Source of the DNA: an uncultured Candidatus Rokubacteria bacterium
GTDB taxonomy: Bacteria; Methylomirabilota; Methylomirabilia; Rokubacteriales; CSP1-6
DNA length: 64,000 bases
Assembly (NCBI GenBank): GCA_963747235.1
Contig: CAVVEU010000020.1
Coordinates: 96,001 to 160,000 of the forward strand
Reading direction: 5' to 3'
The notes under the pieces were generated by a model, which did not search any database, was not told where the DNA came from, and saw only the letters and a list, made by a program, of their open reading frames with translations. The position numbers were made by a program, and so were the translations under genes. This document shows, in pieces, positions 52,644 to 62,509 of this stretch (position 1 is the first letter of the stretch; each line of letters starts with the position of its first letter).

Positions 52644-54134
52644 ATGGCGCACGACGTGGTGGTGATCGGCGGCGGCAATGCGGCTCTCTGCGCGGCGCTG
52701 GCCGCGCGCGAGGGCGGGGCCTCGGTGCTGGTGCTGGAGAAGGCGCCGGAGTCCGAGCGGGGCGGCAACTCCTTCTTCACCGCGGGCGGGTTCCGCTTCG
52801 CCCACCAGGGCCTCGAGGATCTCAGACGCGACGTCATCCCGGACCTGAGCGACGAGGAAGCGCGGACCATCACCATCCCCGCCTACACCGAGGACCAGTA
52901 CTACGACGACATCATGCGGGTGACCGAGGGCCGCTCCGATCTCGACCTGGCCCAGCACCTGGTGCAGCGCTCGAAGCCCACCGTGATGTGGATGCGCACC
53001 CAGGGGATCCGCTGGATCCTCATGTTCAGCCGCCAGTCCTACAAGGTGGGCGACCGCCATCACTTCTGGGGCGGGCTCAATCTCGAGGCGGTGGGCGGCG
53101 GGCCGGGCCTGGTCGAGGCGCTCTTCGAGCGGGCGGCCAAGGTGGGCATCGAGGTGCGCTACGGGGTGGCCGGGCACAAGCTGGTCCAGGACGGATCCGG
53201 GCGCGTGACCGGCGTGATGACGCGCAGCGCGGCGGGCTCGAGCGAGATCCCCTGCCGCGCGGTGGTCATCGCCTCGGGCGGCTTCGAGGCCAACCCGGAG
53301 TGGCGCACGCGCTACCTCGGGCCCAACTGGGACCTGGCGCGCGTGCGCGGCACCCGCCACAACGTGGGCGAGGGCATCGCGATGGCGCTCGAGATCGGCG
53401 CGCAGGCCTACGGCCACTGGTCGTCCTGCCACGCGGTGGCGTGGGATCTCAACGCGCCCGCCTTCGGCGACCGGCGCGTGGGCGACATGTTCCAGAAGCA
53501 CTCGTACCCGCTCGGGCTGATCGTCAACGTGCGCGGCGAGCGCTTCGTGGACGAGGGGGCGGACTTCCGCAACTACACCTACGCCAAGTACGGGCGCGAG
53601 ATCCTGCGCCAGCCGCAGGAGGCCGCCTTCCAGATCTTCGACCAGAAGACGGTGGAGCTGCTGCGCGAGGAGTACCGCATCCGCGAGATCACCAAGGCGG
53701 AGGCCGGCACCATCGAGGAGCTGGCCAAGAAGCTCGAGGTGAACCCGGAGGGTCTCGCGCGTACCGTGCGCGATTTCAACGCGTCGGTCATGGACCAGGT
53801 GCCGTTCAACCCGGCGGTGCTCGACGGCCGCGGCACGCGCGGGATCACCCCGCCCAAGTCCAACTGGGCGCAGCGTCTCGACTCGCCTCCCTACGTGGGC
53901 TTCGGGGTGACCTGCGGCATCACCTTCACCTTCGGCGGCCTGCGCGTGGACACGCGCGGCCAGGTGCTCGACACCTGGGACCGGCCCATCCCGGGCCTCT
54001 ACGCCGCGGGCGAGCTGGTGGGCGGGCTCTTCTACCACAACTACCCGGGCGGCACCGGCCTCATGTCGGGCGCCGTCTTCGGCAAGACCGCGGGCGACTC
54101 CGTCGCCACCGACCTGGGAGGGGTCAGGTCTTGA
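52644..54134 (+). CDS. tcuA: FAD-dependent tricarballylate dehydrogenase TcuA-like flavoprotein
   Basis: GGGNAALCAA, GGNSFFTAG, GGFEAN, RFVDEG, YAKYG, GITFTFGGL, GLFYHNYPGGTGLMSG. Confidence 0.85.
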   Translation: MAHDVVVIGGGNAALCAALAAREGGASVLVLEKAPESERGGNSFFTAGGFRFAHQGLEDLRRDVIPDLSDEEARTITIPAYTEDQYYDDIMRVTEGRSDLDLAQHLVQRSKPTVMWMRTQGIRWILMFSRQSYKVGDRHHFWGGLNLEAVGGGPGLVEALFERAAKVGIEVRYGVAGHKLVQDGSGRVTGVMTRSAAGSSEIPCRAVVIASGGFEANPEWRTRYLGPNWDLARVRGTRHNVGEGIAMALEIGAQAYGHWSSCHAVAWDLNAPAFGDRRVGDMFQKHSYPLGLIVNVRGERFVDEGADFRNYTYAKYGREILRQPQEAAFQIFDQKTVELLREEYRIREITKAEAGTIEELAKKLEVNPEGLARTVRDFNASVMDQVPFNPAVLDGRGTRGITPPKSNWAQRLDSPPYVGFGVTCGITFTFGGLRVDTRGQVLDTWDRPIPGLYAAGELVGGLFYHNYPGGTGLMSGAVFGKTAGDSVATDLGGVRS

Positions 54135-54203
54135 ACTACGACATGTCCGGCGCGCCAGGATACGGCTTCCGCGGACAAATGTCGTAATTCAAGACCTGAC
54201 CCC
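54120..54203. repeat. 25-bp inverted repeat pair (REP/MITE-like element)
   Basis: GGGGTCAGGTCTTGAACTACGACAT (54120-54144) and ATGTCGTAATTCAAGACCTGACCCC (54179-54203), 24/25 complementary. Confidence 0.8.
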
Positions 54204-55199
54204 TTACGTGTCGTGCTTGGAGTGGCGGAGGATCTCGAGGAAGGTCTCGACGACGCGCGGGTCCCAGTAGCCCGCGTCGGTCTCGCGGATGAGCGTGGAG
54301 ACCGCTTCCGAGCGCGGGAGGGCCGCCTTGTACGGGCGGTCGGTGTGTAGGGCGTCGAAGACGTCCACCACCGAGATGATGCGGGCGCCGAGCGGGATCG
54401 CCTCGCCCTTCAGCCCGTCGGGGTAGCCCGAGCCGTCCCATTTCTCGTGGTGGTGGCGCATGATCGGGCGGACCAGCTCCATGCTGCGCAGGCCCAGGAC
54501 CAGGTCGGCGCCCGCGCCCGGATGCGCGCGGATCCGCTCGTACTCCATGGGATCGAGGGGCCCGGGCTTGAGCAGGATGCCGTCGGGCACCGAGATCTTG
54601 CCCAGGTCGTGCAGGTAGCCGCCCAGGCGCAGCGAGCGCACCATCTCCGGATCGAGCCCGAGCGCCTCACCCACCGCCACCGCGTAGCGCGACAGCCGGT
54701 CGCAGTGGCCGAGCGTGTACGGATCGCGCGCCTCGATGGTGAGCGCGAGCGTGGTGATCACCGCCTCGGCCCGCTCGAGCTGGCTCAGCAGCAGCCGGAC
54801 CCGCAGCAGCGCGGCCAGGCGGGTGCGCAGCTCGACGAACGCCACCGGCTTGGTGAAGAAGTCGTCGGCGCCCGCGGCGAGCCCGGCCACCCGCCCCTCC
54901 AGGTCGCCGATCGCGGTGAGGATGACCACCGGCATCAGCTCGTAACGCGGATCGGCCTTGAGCCGGGCGCAGAGCTCGATGCCGCTCATGGCGCCCAGAT
55001 GCACGTCGGTGAGCACCAGGTCCGGGCTCACCACGTTCAGCGCGTCGAGCGCCTGCTCGGCGGAGGCGGCCATGAGCAGCCGGTAGCCGAGCGTGGCGAG
55101 CAATGCGGAGAGGACGTCGCGGATATGCGGATCGTCCTCGACGACCAGGATCGTCGCCCGGTCGGGCGGCGAGGATTCGAGATCGAGGCTACCGCTCAT
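54204..55199 (-). CDS. Response regulator with HD-GYP cyclic-dinucleotide phosphodiesterase domain (RpfG-like)
   Basis: REC domain (VEDD, LTDV, TKP), ARDPYTLGH, HDLGK, HHEKWDGSGYP, DVFDAL...RPYK. Confidence 0.95.
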   Translation of the reverse strand: MSGSLDLESSPPDRATILVVEDDPHIRDVLSALLATLGYRLLMAASAEQALDALNVVSPDLVLTDVHLGAMSGIELCARLKADPRYELMPVVILTAIGDLEGRVAGLAAGADDFFTKPVAFVELRTRLAALLRVRLLLSQLERAEAVITTLALTIEARDPYTLGHCDRLSRYAVAVGEALGLDPEMVRSLRLGGYLHDLGKISVPDGILLKPGPLDPMEYERIRAHPGAGADLVLGLRSMELVRPIMRHHHEKWDGSGYPDGLKGEAIPLGARIISVVDVFDALHTDRPYKAALPRSEAVSTLIRETDAGYWDPRVVETFLEILRHSKHDT

Positions 55200-55983
55200 C
55201 GAGTGCCCGCTCCATCCACGCCAGCACGTCCTTGAACGGCCGCTCCCAGCCCTCCTCCAGCATCAGCATGTGGGCGTGGCCGGCGGCTTCCTGGTACTCC
55301 GCGTGGTAGCGCGCGGCGATCCGGCGCTGGAGCGCGGCGGGCGTGATGCGGTCCCGCTCGGCGCCGACCACGAGCGTGGGACACCGGAGCGCGGCGGCGT
55401 CCACCGCGAGGCCGCCCAGGGCCAGCTCGCGGGCGGCGCGCCCGGACTCCGCCCCGAAGCGCGGGAAGGCCCAGTCGCGCAGCTCGGGCGTGAGCCCGTT
55501 GAGGAACAGGAAGTCGGCGTGGGCGCGGCTCGCGGTGAAGGGGTGGCCGCCGAGCATGGCGGGCACGTAGCGGGCCATGCGCGAGAGCACCGGCCAGTCG
55601 ATCGCGTTGATCCCGCGCGGCGGCGCGCTGGTGAGAAAGACCGCGGCCGCCACCCCGCCGCCCTCGGCGGCCTTCTGCGCGATCAGGCCGCCCATCGAGT
55701 GGCCGACGAGCACCGCCTCGCCGAGATGATCGAGGCAGCGCCTCACGTCCGCGACGTAGTCGGCGAGGCTCACGCCCCCGAGCCCGCCCGGCGCCGGGCT
55801 CGGGCCGTGCCCGCGCAGGTCGAGCGCCCAGGCGTCCCAGCCGGCCTGCGCGGCGCCGTAGAGGTAGTTCCGGAAGTACCAGCTCCCGCCCCACATGCCG
55901 TGGACGAAGAGGACGGAGCGGGAGCGCGGCCGTCCGGCGGGGGCGGCGTGCTCGAGGCTCAGGTCGCCGATGCGCTCGGTCAA
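55189..55983 (-). CDS. Alpha/beta fold hydrolase
   Basis: FVHGMWGG, DLRGHG, GHSMGG, AERDRIT, HAHMLM. Confidence 0.92.
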   Translation of the reverse strand: MTERIGDLSLEHAAPAGRPRSRSVLFVHGMWGGSWYFRNYLYGAAQAGWDAWALDLRGHGPSPAPGGLGGVSLADYVADVRRCLDHLGEAVLVGHSMGGLIAQKAAEGGGVAAAVFLTSAPPRGINAIDWPVLSRMARYVPAMLGGHPFTASRAHADFLFLNGLTPELRDWAFPRFGAESGRAARELALGGLAVDAAALRCPTLVVGAERDRITPAALQRRIAARYHAEYQEAAGHAHMLMLEEGWERPFKDVLAWMERALDER

Positions 55984-56026
55984 GGCGCGTATCTTACGCC
56001 AGGCGGAAGGCGTGCGGGCCGCGCGG

Positions 56027-57175
56027 TCAGGCCGCGGCGTTGAGGCGAACGGTCTCGACGAGGAGCCCGGCGGTGAGCACGAGATCGCGGACGTCCACCC
56101 ACTCGTTCACGGTGTGGATCTCGCGCATGCCGCAGGCCAGGTTGGCGATCTCGAGGCCGCGCTCCACGAAGACGTTCGCGTCCGAGCCGCCTCCGGTGCC
56201 CCGCGTGGCGCACGTGCGCCCCATCGCGCCGGCCGCGGACTGCACCAGGCGGACGATCGCGGCCTCGTCGCGGATGTCGAGCCGGCCGTACTGGCGATCG
56301 ACCTGGACCTCCACGCGCGCCTGGTACTGCCGGTCGCCCACCTGCACGCGGTGGCGGGCCGCCGCCTCGTCGAAGCAGCGCCGCATGTGCTCGGTCTGGG
56401 CCGCGAGCTTCTCCAGGCTCAGGCTCCGCGTCTCGCCCCGCACCATCACCGAGGCGGGCACGATGTTGCCGGCGAGCCCGCCCTGGATGACGCCGAGGTT
56501 CGCGGTGGTCTCCGCGTCCAGGCGACCGAGCTTCATCGCCGCGATCGCTTCCGACGCGATGCGGATCGCGCTCATCCCCTGCTCCGGGCAGATGCCCGCG
56601 TGGGCGGCCGAGGCCCTGCACGGTGAAGGTCATGCGATTGGCCGCGGGCGCGCGCGTGATCAGCTCGCAGACGCCGTCCACGTCCAGCACCAGGCCCCGC
56701 TTCGCGCGGAGGCGGCCCGTGTCGAAGTGCTTGGCCCCCAGCAGGCCCGTTCTCCTCGCAGATCGTGAGCACCACCTCGAGGTCGCCGTGCGGGATGCGG
56801 CCCTCGCGGAGGACGCGGATCGCCTCCAGGATCGCCACCACGCCCGCCTTGTCGTCGCCGCCCAGCACGCTGGTGCCGTCGGTGCGGATCACGTCGCCCT
56901 CGACCACGGGGTGGATCGCCTCGGCCGGGCCCACCGTGTCCATGTGGCCCGAGAGCAGGAAGGGCGCGGCGCCCGGCGTGTTGCCGGGGAAGCGCGCGAG
57001 CAGATTGCCGGTGTCGCCGCCGATCTTCTCCCCGGCCCCGTCCACCTCGACGCTCGCGCCCATGGCCTTGAGAATGCCTCTCGAGCCGCCGCGCGATCGT
57101 GCCCTCGCGCCGGGAGGGGCTCGAGATGGACACCAGCTCCAGAAACTCGTCCTTGAGTCTCGCCGCGTTGATCAT
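56027..57175 (-). CDS. M20 family peptidase T-like metallopeptidase, frameshifted
   Basis: ELVSISSPS, SGHMDTV, LGGDDKAG, TICEE, GGGSDAN, IHTVNE. Confidence 0.88.
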
Positions 57176-57923
57176 CGGATCCTTCCTGTCGGTACGGGCC
57201 GGCCCGCGGGGGCCGCGAGGGGCAGATGGGCGAGCAGCCAGCGCCGGCTCTCCTCGACCGCTTCGCGGCGGTGCGCGGGATCGGTGAGGCGGTGATCGGC
57301 GCCCGCGATCACGTGCAGGCACCTGGGGTCGCGGGCGCGGTCGAAGAGGGCGCGCCCGTGCGCGGGCGGCACCACCTCGTCGCGGTCGGCCTGGATGACG
57401 AGGACGCGCGCGACGCCCGCGGGCGCCTCGGCCCGCAGGCCGCGCGTGACCTCGGCGACCAGGGCCGCGCCCGCCTCGCCCGGATCGGCGTGGGCCAGCT
57501 CGCGGAGCGCGGCGGGCGCGTTCCAGGTCACGACCGGCAGCGACGTGCCCGGCGCGACGCGGCTCGCGGCCCAGAGGGCGACGTAGCCGCCGAGGCTCGA
57601 GCCCAGCAGCCCGAAGCGGCCGTCGAGCTCCGGCCGCGCGGCCAGATGATCCAGGACGGCTTCGAGATCGGCGATCCGCGTCTCGATGGTGGCGTCGCGC
57701 GGGAGCCCGGCGGACTCGCCGCTGCCCCGGAAGTCGAAGCGCGCGAGCGCGAGCCCGGCCGCGGGCAGCTCGCGGCCGAGCAGCAGGTACTTGTCGCTGT
57801 CCTTGGAGGCGCCCATGCCGTGACAGGCGATCACGCAGGGGCCGGGGAGACTGTCGTCGGGCAGGTGCAGCACGCCGACCACGTCGTCGGCGCCGACGGG
57901 CACCCTGAAGCGGGCTCGCTCAC
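57172..57923 (-). CDS. Alpha/beta hydrolase (S9/lysophospholipase-like)
   Basis: CHGMGASKDS, RFDFRGSGES, GSSLGG, DEVVP, GADH. Confidence 0.85.
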
Positions 57924-58704
57924 GCCCAGACGATGTCGAAGACGCGGCAGGTGTTGACGGAGAGCTGGTACATCGCCTCGTCCACCGGGCAGCCGCTTGA
58001 TCTTCGCCACTTCTTCCGCCACCCGCGCGACCAGCCACGGCCCCGAGGTGACGTCCTCGAACTCGCCCTGGTACTGCCAGGGCCCGTCGCTCTCGACGAG
58101 GAGCGACTCGATCGGCACGCGCTCGACCATCTCGCGGTCACGGTCGCGGTAGACCAGATCCGGCGTCACCGAGACGAGGTAGCCCGCGTCCACGATGTCG
58201 CGGGTCACCTCGGCCGAGGCCTTGTGCCAGTGGAACACCGCGCGCTCGACGCTCCGCGCGCTTGAGCGTCGCGAGCGCGTCCACGGCCGCCCCGTGCGGC
58301 GCGTGGAGGATCACCGGCAGGTCGTAGCGGCAGGCCAGGTCGACCAGGCGCTCGAGGCGCTCGCGGGCCTCGCGGCGCACCGCGTCCGCGTCGTCGGCGG
58401 CGCCGAGGCCGTACCACGGCAGCCCGACCTCGCCGAGCGCGACCAGCCGCGCGTGGCTGGCGTGGATCTGCGCCTCCACCGCTCCAGGTCCTCGCGGGTG
58501 AGCTTCCACTCGGGATGGAAGCCCATCGCCGGCCACACCGCCTTGGCGTTGTCCGCGGGCGGCCTGCAGCGTGCGCTCGTTGGTGGCGTGGTCGCAGCCG
58601 ACCGCGACCGCGCCCCACACGTCGTGCTCGGTCGCGCGGATGACGGTGCCGCGTACGTCCTCGAAGGCCGGGTCGTGCAGGTGGCAGTGGCTGTCGATGA
58701 TCAT
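57920..58704 (-). CDS. tatD: TatD family metal-dependent hydrolase/nuclease, frameshifted
   Basis: IDSHCHL, GFHPE, LGEVGL, LPVILH, FHW, LVESDGP. Confidence 0.88.
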
Positions 58705-60038
58705 GAGCCGGCCACCGTCATCCGGCCGATGAGCAGCGTCGGCGCGGCGGTGCGGTCCCGGAACACCAGGTCGTTGCCGACGCCCTCCACGGCGCGGAAC
58801 ATGTCGAGCAGGTTGCCCGCGATGGTGATCTCCTCCACCGGGTAGGCCAGCTCGCCGTTCTCGATCCAGAGGCCCGACCGCCCCGCGCGAGTAGTCGCCG
58901 GTGACCCCGTTGACGCCGAAGCCGATCAGCTCGGTGACGTAGAGGCCGTTCTTCACGCTCCGGATCAGGTCCGCCGGATCCGGTCGCCCGCCGTCGAGGT
59001 GCAGGTTCGTGGTGGACACGCTCACCCCGCTGCCGTCGCGCGCCGCGTGATGGGTGGAGGGCAGGCCGAGCTTGCGGCCGCTGTAGGTGTCGAGCAGGTA
59101 GGAGCGCAGCACGCCCTGCTCCACGATCACGGTGCGCCGCACCGGCAGCCCCTCGCCGTCGAACGGGCGCGAGCCGAGGGCCCCCGGAATGGTGCCGTCG
59201 TCCACGATGGTCACCGCCGGGGCCGCGATGCGCTCGCCCAGCTTGCCCACCAGGAAGGAGGCGCGCCGGTAGAGCGACGGGCCGGCCGACCGCGCCCGCG
59301 ATGTGGCGCACGAGGCTGGCCGCCATCTCCGGGTCGAAGATGACCGGCACCTCCGCGGTCTTCACCTGCCGGGCGCCGAGCCGGCGCACCGCGCGCCGCG
59401 CCGCGATGCGGCCGATCTCCTCCGGCGCCTCGAGCCGCGCGCGCTTGCGCGTGACGTGATACCAGGAGTCGCGCTGCATCTGGCCGTTCTCGCTCGCCAC
59501 CGGGGACACCGCGAGGCTGAAGGACGACGTCTCGTACTCGCCCGCGAAGCCGTGGCTCGTCGCGTAGGCGTAGCGCGCGCGCCGGTCGCTGAAGTCCCCG
59601 CCCTCGGAGTTGGTGATGCGCGGATCGGCCTCGAGCGCGGCCGCCTCGCAGCGGCGGGCCAGCTCGATCTTCTCCTCGGGCGTGAGATCGTGGCCGCGCG
59701 CGTCGCCCAGATCGAGGTCCGGCACCTGCCGCGCGAGCTCCTCGGCCTCGGGCAGGCCGCCCATCTCGTCCGGGCTCGTGATCCGCGCGAGCGACACCGC
59801 CTCGTCCACCAGCCGCGCCACCGACTCGGGCGAGAGATCGGACGTGGAGGCGGCCGCGACCGACTTGCCCGACGAAGACCCGCAGCGACAGGTGCTGCTC
59901 GCGCGCGTGCTTGACGGTGTCCACCTGGCCCAGGCGCACCTGGGCCGAGAACGACTGGTCCTCCACCACGAAGGCGTCGGCGGCCGTCGCGCCCCGGCGC
60001 GTGGCCTGCTGCAGGAGGTCGGCGAGCAGCTCGCGCAT
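58701..60038 (-). CDS. pmbA: PmbA/TldE protein, frameshifted
   Basis: MQRDSWY, PVIFDPE, FDGEG, NGVTGDYSRG, YPVEEITIAGNL, MTVAG. Confidence 0.9.
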
Positions 60039-60043
60039 GCGGG

Positions 60044-61483
60044 TCAGACCTGCGTCCCGCCGACCGTCATGCGGTCGATGCGGATCGTCGGCAGGCCCAC
60101 GCCCACCGGGACCGACTGACCGTCCTTGCCGCAGGTGCCCACGCCCTCGTCGAGCTTGAGATCGTGGCCGACGCGGCTCACCCGCGTGAGCGCCTCGGGG
60201 CCGTTGCCGATCAGCGTCGCGCCCTTCACCGGGCGCGTCACGCGGCCGTCCTCGATCAGGTAGGCCTCGCTCGCCGAGAACACGAAGCTTGCCGTTGGTG
60301 ATGTCCACCTGGCCGCCGCCGAAGTTCACCGCGTAGAGCCCCTTGGTGACGCCGAGCGGATGATGTCGGCGGGCTCGTCCTCGCCCGCCAGCATGAAGGT
60401 GTTGGTCATGCGCGGCATCGGGGGATGCGCGTAGGACTCGCGCCGGCCGTTGCCGGTGACCTCCATGCCCATGAGCCGCGCGTTGAGCCGGTCCTGCAGG
60501 TAGCCGCGCAGGATGCCCTTCTCGATGAGCACGTTGCGCCGCGTCGGCACGCCCTCGTCGTCCACGTTGAGCGAGCCGCGCCGGTTCGCGATCGTGCCGT
60601 CGTCGACCACCGTGACCAGCTCCGACGCCACCGTCTGGCCGAGCCGTCCCGAGAACGCGGAGGTCTTCTTGCGGTTGAAGTCGCCCTCGAGGCCGTGGCC
60701 CACCGCCTCGTGGAGCAGGATGCCGGGCCAGCCGGGCCCGAGCACCACCGTCATCTCGCCCGCGGGCGCGTCCACCGCGTCGAGCTTCATGAGGGCCTGG
60801 CGCACCGCCTCGCCGGTGAAGCGCTTCCAGCGGTCCTGCTCGAGGAAGAAGTCGAAGGCCACCCGCCCGCCGCCGCCGTAGCTGCCGATCTCGCGCTTGG
60901 CTCCGTCCTCCACGATCACCGTGACGTTGAGCCGCGTGAGCGGGCGCACGTCGCCGACCGTCCAGCCCGACGGCGTCGCGATCATGACCACCACTTCCTC
61001 GCTGCCGAGGGTGGCGATGACCTGGCGCACGCGCGGATCGAGGCCGCGGGCCGCCGCGTCCATCCGGCCCAGCAGCTCGAGCTTGCGGTCCAGATCGGCC
61101 GAGGTGGGCGGCTCGGCCAGCGTGTAGAGATCGTGCGGCGGGCCGTCGCCACCCACCGCCACCACCGCGGAGGTCGACGAGCGGTCCGCGATCGCGCGCG
61201 CCTGGCGCGCGGCCTCCTCGAGATTGGGGAGGGCCAGATCGTCGGTGTGCGCGTAGCCGGTGCGCTCGCCGGACTGGGCCCGGAGGCCGGCGCCCTGGCT
61301 CACGTGCCGGGCCGCCTTCTTCACCGCGCCCTCTTCCAGCACCAGCTCCTCGCTGATCCGGTACTCGAGGAAGAGATCGGCGTGGTCGACGCGCCCGGAC
61401 AGGGTCGAGCCGAGCAGCTTCTCCATGGTCCCCGCGTTGAGGCCGAATCGGTCCGCGAAGAAGCGCTCTGGGCGGGCTAGCAT
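60044..61483 (-). CDS. tldD: TldD metalloprotease, frameshifted
   Basis: [63 protein letters not shown]. Confidence 0.95.
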
Positions 61484-61642
61484 TTCCGTCTCCTTGGAGG
61501 TCTCAAAGGGGCTTCATCCTAGCATCGGCTCCGGGAGGGACCCCCATGTTTAGTGACCTGTCGGACACGTCGGATGCGACTGTTTCGATTATCTCAGATG
61601 TGTCCACGCCTTGCAGACGCGCACCTCCGGCGCGAGGCGAGA

Positions 61643-62449
61643 TCAGTCGCGCGCGTCGAGGGCTTCCTGCACCAGCTCGTGCAGGCGTCGGAGCCCGATC
61701 AGGAGCGACGGGCCCGGGCTCAGGATGTCGGCGCCGTCCATCTCGTGGACGCGATGGCCGCGCACCGCGCTGATCCGGTCCCAGCCCGGGCGGGCCGCGA
61801 TCGCGGCCAGATCGGCGGGCTTGCCGCACCAGGAGGCGACGATGATCTGCGGGTCCCGCCGGACGACCTCGGCGGGATCCACCACCCGCTCGCGCGCGCT
61901 CTTCCGGTCGCGGAGGTCGGCGAACACGTCACGGCCGCCCGCGATCTCGATCAGCTCCGAGACCCAGCGGATGCCCGCGATGAGCGGCTCGTGCCACTCC
62001 TCGAAGTAGACGCGCGGGCGGTCGGGCCACACGCGCGAGAACTCCCGCACCTGGGTGATCTCGTCGCGCATGTCGAGCACGAGCGCGCGCGCCGCGGGCT
62101 CGGCCCCGAGCAGGCCGCCCACCGTGAGGATCGTCCGCATGACTTCCTCGACCGAGCGCGGGTTGGCGCAGAAGACCGGCAGCCCGGCCCGGATCAGCTC
62201 CGCGCTGATGTCGGCCTGCAGATCCGAGAACGCGAGGATCAGATCCGGCTCGAGCTCGAGGATCCGGTCGACGCGAAACGTGGTGAAGCCGCCGACGCGC
62301 GGCTTGGCCGCCGCCTCCGCGGGCCGCCGCGCGGTGCCGGGCACGCCCACCACCCGGTCGCCCGCGCCGAGCGCGTAGCAGATCTCGACGTGCTCGGCGC
62401 TCAGGCAGACGATGCGGCGCGGGAGCTCGACCGGGGACTTGCCGTACAT
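61643..62449 (-). CDS. BtuF-like helical-backbone metal/cobalamin-binding protein
   Basis: PRRIVCLS, VGGF, PDLILAFSDLQ, PRVYFEEW, SWCGK, ILSPGP; no signal peptide. Confidence 0.85.
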   Translation of the reverse strand: MYGKSPVELPRRIVCLSAEHVEICYALGAGDRVVGVPGTARRPAEAAAKPRVGGFTTFRVDRILELEPDLILAFSDLQADISAELIRAGLPVFCANPRSVEEVMRTILTVGGLLGAEPAARALVLDMRDEITQVREFSRVWPDRPRVYFEEWHEPLIAGIRWVSELIEIAGGRDVFADLRDRKSARERVVDPAEVVRRDPQIIVASWCGKPADLAAIAARPGWDRISAVRGHRVHEMDGADILSPGPSLLIGLRRLHELVQEALDARD

Positions 62450-62460
62450 GGTTCACTCCA

Positions 62461-62497
62461 CCCCTCACCCTGCCCTCTCCCCTGAGGGGAGAGGGGG
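62461..62497. repeat. Short palindromic REP-like element
   Basis: CCCCTCACCCTG-CCCTCTCCCC-TGA-GGGGAGAGGG, the widespread CCCTCACCC...CCCTCTCCC...GGGAGAGGG intergenic type. Confidence 0.7.
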
Positions 62498-62509
62498 ATG
62501 AGGATAGAT

